A DNA stretch of 55,882 nucleotides, the filler included, from Sphacelaria rigidula (taxonomy: Eukaryota), in NCBI GenBank assembly GCA_964200075.2. It is 6 parts of 6 records of this genome, joined end to end, with 100 filler letters (N's around TTAATTAATTAA, not from the genome) between each part and the next. Parts side by side here need not be neighbours in the genome. Positions count along the whole stretch, not along the records: positions 46,653 to 55,882 come from CAXNAA020008986.1; 5 more parts are not named here. One strand, given 5' to 3'. Below the pieces are notes generated by a model. The model was not told the DNA's origin, did not search any database, and saw only the letters and a program-made list of their open reading frames with translations. Below, piece after piece: positions 50,272 to 55,882 of the stretch (positions within the stretch are counted from its first letter, which is position 1; the number at the start of each line of letters is the position of its first letter). Both the position numbers and the translations under genes were made by a program.

Positions 50272-50564
50272 CACGGGTGGCCACTGGGGTCTGCAACCTG
50301 GCCATTTTGGGACCTTATCCATCTTTGGTAAGGTCCGCGGATTAGGTAGACAACTGAAGAGCATTCGCACAGAATGGGCAGGATCGAAACAAAACATGTC
50401 CCAGTTTATAGTCGGGTGACTCCCCTGTAGACTGGAACATGCTTTGTTTCGAATCTGTCCATGCTGTGCGAATGCTCTTCAGTTGTCCACCTAATCCGTG
50501 GACCTTACCAAAGGTGGATGAGGTCCCAAAATGGCCAGGTCACAGACCCCAGTGGCCACCCGTG
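50272..50564. repeat. 293-bp near-perfect palindrome (foldback MITE or hairpin-RNA locus)
   Basis: cacgggtggccactggggtctg...cagaccccagtggccacccgtg; arms of about 140 bp pair almost to the centre. Confidence 0.9.
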
Positions 50565-50595
50565 AAGACTTTCGTTTGCTGTAACGACGTCACCA

Positions 50596-50870
50596 CACTG
50601 TTGGGCATGAGAAAAATCCCAGATCATTCTGAGATTCGAACCCACGACCCAACCGTCAGAAGGTGTCGAGGTTACCAACTGAGCCACCGGGGCGACCGGC
50701 CGGAGTGGAGAGCGACTATGTCGTGCGTACACAAAGTTCGACTTCACGGTCGACGAGGGCAGGTACCGCTGAACCCTTCTCTCGGTAACAAGAAAGGCAA
50801 GCAACGCAGAAGGGAGGTGGAGTGCTCACAAGAAATTAAAAAAAGCTTCTGTGTGAGCCTTCCTCTGTGC
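50596..50870. mobile_element. SINE family 2 copy with inverted tRNA head
   Basis: Head on the minus strand at 50596-50699 (TGGCTCAGTTGG, GGTTCGAATCTC); body on the plus strand from 50704. Confidence 0.8.
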
Positions 50871-51752
50871 GAAAAAAGTATATTCACCAATATAGAGGAA
50901 AATAAGAACCCACTCCCACCTTCTCTTGTGACCGATCCTGCGTCGTTTTATTTATTCGAATGCCCACCTTTTTCTAAATCTGAGGCGTCAGACCAACTTG
51001 TATCGCAGTCACTCCCGAATCTGGCGGGACCCCGATTTGTGCCAAACCGGGGGGAATCATATTCGCATGTACGCCTGAATATGTTATGGTTCCACAAATT
51101 TGTTGAAATCGTTCTGTACACGAAGGATCATTTTCTGCAAGGGTGCGGTGTCACAATGAAGCCGAAGAACAGATAGCAGTGAATGATCTCAAGAGCAGCG
51201 TCGTACCGTGGTACCCTAGGTCTAATGCAGTGCAATTCACTCCACAATCACAGTACACGGTGATGCTGTGTGATAATGCATAACGATACAGTCGATATCG
51301 CGAGAACAATACACAGTGTGCGACAAGAGTTCATGAGTGCAGTGCCGTTCATCGCCCTTCAGGTCAGCGACAGCAGACGGTAGGATAGTACAGTACCGTC
51401 TGCTATGGTATCCACAGATAGTAGCGCAGTACAGCATAAAATATTATCATCGTACCAGGGTACAGCGTGAACACTTCTTATCCGCTTCTCAAACTCCGTG
51501 CGAAGCGCCGTGCGAAGCGCAGCTCTGCAAGCACAGGCAGTTCAGTAGTGCAAGGTTGCACATATAGACTGCTATACTCGCGAGCACATCAGGTTCCTGT
51601 GCACTACAGAAAGTACAAAGGTACGATTACACATACTCTGCACAAGAAAAAGCTCGGATTCGGCAGCGGTGTTGTTGGTAATGTCTGTACTTCTACACCG
51701 TCTAACGGGAGGACTCACCTCAATATATATGTTGGCATCGATTTCCTGGCCG

Positions 51753-51890
51753 GTTCGTGGTTACTCTCTCCTCTATCCCTATGCAAGACTTCACGAGGTC
51801 AGGAACCGGGAAGTCGATCACTGTTCGTGGTTGCTCTCTCCTCTATCCCTACGTAAAGTTTCACGGGTGAATGAACCGGCAAGTTGATCA
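51753..51890 (+). repeat. 70-bp tandem duplication
   Basis: gttcgtggtt.ctctctcctctatcccta...gaaccgg.aagt.gatcac occurs twice. Confidence 0.85.
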
Positions 51891-52548
51891 CGTACTTCAA
51901 CACCCCCTCCCACCTTAGCCACGGACGGCGTCGGCACGCACAAGCAAAGACAAAGAAGAAATCGGCAATGAAGCTGAACCTTTTTGAGGGTTTTTGAAGT
52001 GATTCGGGGAGCCGGTTGCTGCGTGTGATACCTCCAACCCCCAAAAGTGCCCCGTTTGAAGTTGCGACAGTCAAGTCTGAGAAGTTCAATCAATACTCGC
52101 TCTGGTCAAAAGGGGTCGAAATGGGGGTGTACTCGTGTGCGCCCCGAGATAGCAGCGAAACACAACGCCATGGGCACCAATGAAGCTGAAACTTGTTGAG
52201 GGCGTCTCGATTGATGTTAGAAGAGCGATGTGATGGTTTTCTCGCGCAGCGCGGCTTCGAATCAATTCGGGAAAAAAAGTGCGTGGTTCTGAGCTTCATA
52301 ATAAGGCCCGGACGGACGGATGGATGGACGGACAGGCGGATGGGCGGACACTTTTTAAATTTCGGTTTAGTAGAAGCCTTTTCAGCCTCGAGGGCCTCAA
52401 AGCAACCACTACCCCTGGCCGTAACCCCAACCCAACGCAAACGGAGAATCCTCGGACAAGGGCGGTACAAAGCACTCTCTCGACAAAGTACGGCCTTTGC
52501 AGACCCCAAATCGGCCCCTATGGTGCCGATTTCGACGAAAACGAAGGT

Positions 52549-52916
52549 GAGTTTACCACTCGGTAGTTGACAGATAGTTCTTGGAAATTTATGGTTTGTG
52601 CAGGTGCTGATGCATTCCGAACAACACTAACCCTAAGCCTAACCCCGACCCCGACCCCAACGAAGGCATACCGAGAACCCTCGGGCAAGGGGGGTGCAAC
52701 GTGTTCCCTAGGCGAAGTGTGCGTTGCCAGACCTCAAATCGGGCGCCCCAGGCGCTGATTTAGACAAGAGCGCGTTCTGCGCACGCTAGGAGCACGCCAG
52801 GAGCATAGCCCCCTCCAAAGATCCGGATTTCGGTTTTCACACTCAAATCCAATACGCACCTGCCCACAAACCGGAAATTTCCGAGAAATATCTGTCAACT
52901 ACCGAGTGGTAAACCC
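52549..52916. mobile_element. ~370-bp MITE with ~40-bp TIRs
   Basis: gtttaccactcggtagttgacagata / tatctgtcaactaccgagtggtaaac exact 26-bp core. Confidence 0.8.
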
Positions 52917-53787
52917 TACTGCGAAAACGTGTTCTGCGCACACGAGGAGCACACGGGACTGTCAGCCGTACTAAAGATCTGATTCTCGTGGTGCACACTC
53001 TAATCAAGTAATATCAACAATGAAATTCTGTAGCCCAACGAGGGTTATCGCTACTGGCACAACTCGCGATATGTCGCCCGTTTGAACGAGCTGAAGTAAC
53101 GTGAGTTTTTGAGGCGGCCTAGCCATTACTACATTATGGTAGCAGCGAAGGAGGGAAGAAAATGGGTGTCGTGCTGTTTGGGTTAATTGAGCGGTTTGAA
53201 GTACTCCCAAGGACGATCCACGCGAGCTTGGTGGGATGTGCGTGCGTACAGTATTGAATCCGTTGCTTGAACTAACCATCGATGATGCGACAACCCCCGT
53301 TGGTGACGAAACAGCCTAGCTTGACCCTGACACCAGCCCCGAGATCGCAACGGACCGGTGGTGTTTCACAACCCGCTGCATCACAAAAGACTAACGCGCT
53401 GTGAGTTGTGAGTCTAGTTATTGTGTCGATGCGGAGAGACTCGGGAAGCAATTCCGGGGAGAAAGGCGTGATGAGGTACGATTCAAAAATAACTCCTTGA
53501 TCAGGTATACCCGGGCAAAATTTGGCACAGAAGGTAAGCGGTTCCTGGAGGCAAAATGTCCGTTTTCGCGTGGCCATATCTCTCGAGTAACATGTTTTCC
53601 CCCCGTTTGTTTTCGAGCTCCGGGTGCCAATGCTCCCCCCAAATGATGTGCGTGAAAAATCCGGAGCGAAAACGGTCAAAATGGCGTGTTTGGCTGTTTT
53701 CGCGTTTCTGGCCATTCTTCGTACCTTTCTTGGGCAAAAAACGAGAAGGTATACCTTTCCTAGGCCATTGTCATTTTTTCAACACTC

Positions 53788-54440
53788 TCATAACACAGCC
53801 CGAATATAGACATGGAACGGAGAAGCTAACCATCCTTTTTCTTTTACCAACCATAACACAACCCGGACATGAACATGAAATAGATAAACTAATCCTCCTT
53901 TTTCTTTAACCTACCATAACACAACCCGGATATAGACATGGAATGACGAAGCTAACCCTACTTTTTCTTTAATCTACCATAATACAGCTCGGGCATAGAC
54001 ACGAAATAGAGAAGCTAACCGCGCTTCTTCTTTCGACACTTTCTACGATAGCCCCCCCCCCCCAAAAGTGCATGGTTTTGGGAAGCGAAATCTTCACGTA
54101 AATCGAAATGGGAAAGGCCGAGGATAACGAGCAGCTATGCATTCCCACGCCTAGGTTCGTTCTAGCCAATGTCGCCAATATGAGGCGCTTCATGCAGCAT
54201 GGACCCGAACGTCAGGCCCTGTATTGCTAGTTTTTTCGTGACACTTTTGGGTTGGTTTTTGGGGGGGGCTATCGTAGAAAGTGTCTTTCACCCACCATAA
54301 CACAGACTGAATATCGACATGGAACGATGGAGCTGACCCTGCCTTTTCTTTAACCCACCATGCCTAGTGAAATGAAGAGGCTAACCCTCCTTTTTCCTGA
54401 ACGTACCATAACACAGCCCGGATATAGACGTGAAATAACG
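53788..54440 (+). repeat. ~62-bp minisatellite interrupted by a MITE
   Basis: Recurring ccataacaca.cccgga.atagacatg.aa...aagctaacc...ttttc. Confidence 0.85.
54035..54285. mobile_element. 251-bp MITE (GACAC TIR) with 4-bp TSD
   Basis: TIR gacactttctacgatagcccccccc / ggggggggctatcgtagaaagtgtc; TTTC at 54031-54034 and 54286-54289. Confidence 0.88.
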
Positions 54441-55882
54441 AGAAAAACAGATCTACTTTCCCATATCAAGACGGGAAATAACCGAGGTTTCCGCCCCCCC
54501 CCATCATAACAAAGGTAAGACAAGAATAGATCCAAAACCTGGACAAGTAAGTAATAGCGTGAATGTCCACCACCTTACAAGCCCATCAAGGATACAAAAT
54601 ACATCACAAGTACGGATAGGGTAGGATCATCACCCCCTCCATGTCAAGTTCACATGAAGGTTAGGGTCTCGTGGTGGGGTACCCGTAAAGCCTTACCGGT
54701 TTCCATTGAGCGGTGAAAGTCTTGTCAGCCATTTTCCTGAAATCTCCGGCCTAACATGCAAAATGCGCCCAAGGAAGGGAAGGGGTGGATAATGCATGAC
54801 ATAAATGTCAAGACCTACTGCACTCATGAAGCAAACACCTTACCAACGACCGACCACATGACCTACGAGAAGGAGCACCAAGTGGTACGTGGACTTCTTG
54901 AGATCTTGAAGGATAGAAGCTGGTACAAAGTGTGGGGGAACCGTTGGCCAAGCGTTCGGTGGCGAAGGTCTACTCGGAAGCATTAGCGCGGTAGCGACCC
55001 ATGGTGAACCGTACATGGAGTGGGAAAACTGATGTACGGGGCGATGTGAGTAAGACCTTGTGTTACGCAAGCCGTCCTCGAACCTTACACGGCGAAAATG
55101 ACCTCCCTGGAGAGAAGTGACCAGTGCAGCAGAGGGGCAAGAAGATAGAAGATACGATCGTGGGACGCCTGAATAATTTACCGTGAAGATCGCCTGGCAC
55201 AAACGTGGGGTACTTGTGTCAAAGGTGTCGAACTTGGCTTCAGACTATGAGCTCATGTTGTTGGAGGCGTTATTTAGTGTCGGTGAGCCAGCGAAAGAAC
55301 TAGAAGACACTAGCCCCCAACAAGTACTAGGATTGGGATATCCCAGTGCGCTGACTACATCCCACCAATACGATTCAGACAAAGAAGCCGGAGATTCTCT
55401 CGAAGGAGATCGAGAGAGAGACGGTAAGGAACGGCGGATGGCGGAGTAAAAAGTGGTCGGGTAAAGTACTAGTAGTGCTGGGTTGCCTGCGGTGCAATGG
55501 GCGCTCAATACGGTGTATCGTCGTCGTGACGATAGTACGCCGTGCCACGTGATATTTGGTCGTGCTCCTCGGACGTTTTTCTCGGTGTTAGCGTCTTCGT
55601 CGGAGGGGGAATGGAAAAGTGATGTCTTGGATGATGTGTAATGATGAGCAAGCGGCAGTATAAAGCAGGAGCACAGTGTGCAGCCCAAGGCACAAGCTTG
55701 GCAGCAAGTATACAACCGTCGGCTGTTATTACTCGTAAATACCGTATACCGCTATACGTCAGGAGTCATCCTACGATAGCGGGGGGGGTATTTTGGGCCA
55801 TTTGTCGCTCGAAATTTCGAGTCAGATCGTCTTTGAAAGCAGCAACGGTTGTTCGAACAAGCTTGTCGTGGATCAATAACGC

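Overview
This is eukaryotic, intron-rich, repeat-rich nuclear DNA, most likely from a brown alga (Phaeophyceae); that attribution is an inference from gene structure and repeat types. The window is not one locus. Five identical 100-nt linkers (44 N + TTAATTAATTAA + 44 N) join six contigs of 9231, 9231, 9230, 9230, 9230 and 9230 bp, which indicates size-sorted unplaced contigs. Contig 1 holds the four 3' exons of a minus-strand ankyrin-repeat protein with a long Pro/Gly-rich tail. Contig 2 holds two exons of an XRN-family 5'-3' exoribonuclease among SINEs and MITEs. Contig 3 holds two decayed Ty1/copia internal regions in tandem sharing one 462-bp LTR, one of them interrupted by a fragment of a second LTR element. 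Contig 4 is mostly MITEs, a long-TIR element, a minisatellite and SINEs. Contig 5 holds ten phase-consistent exons encoding the RCK gating-ring region of a BK/Slo-type K+ channel. Contig 6 holds a gag-like fragment, a 293-bp near-perfect hairpin, a 5'-inverted SINE, MITEs and a minisatellite. I found no CRISPR array, rRNA or true tRNA, and no convincing new multi-gene system. The best leads are a recurrent ~65-bp poly-G-flanked module, several foldback elements, the tandem copia array, the inverted SINE and the heavily expanded BK-like channel.
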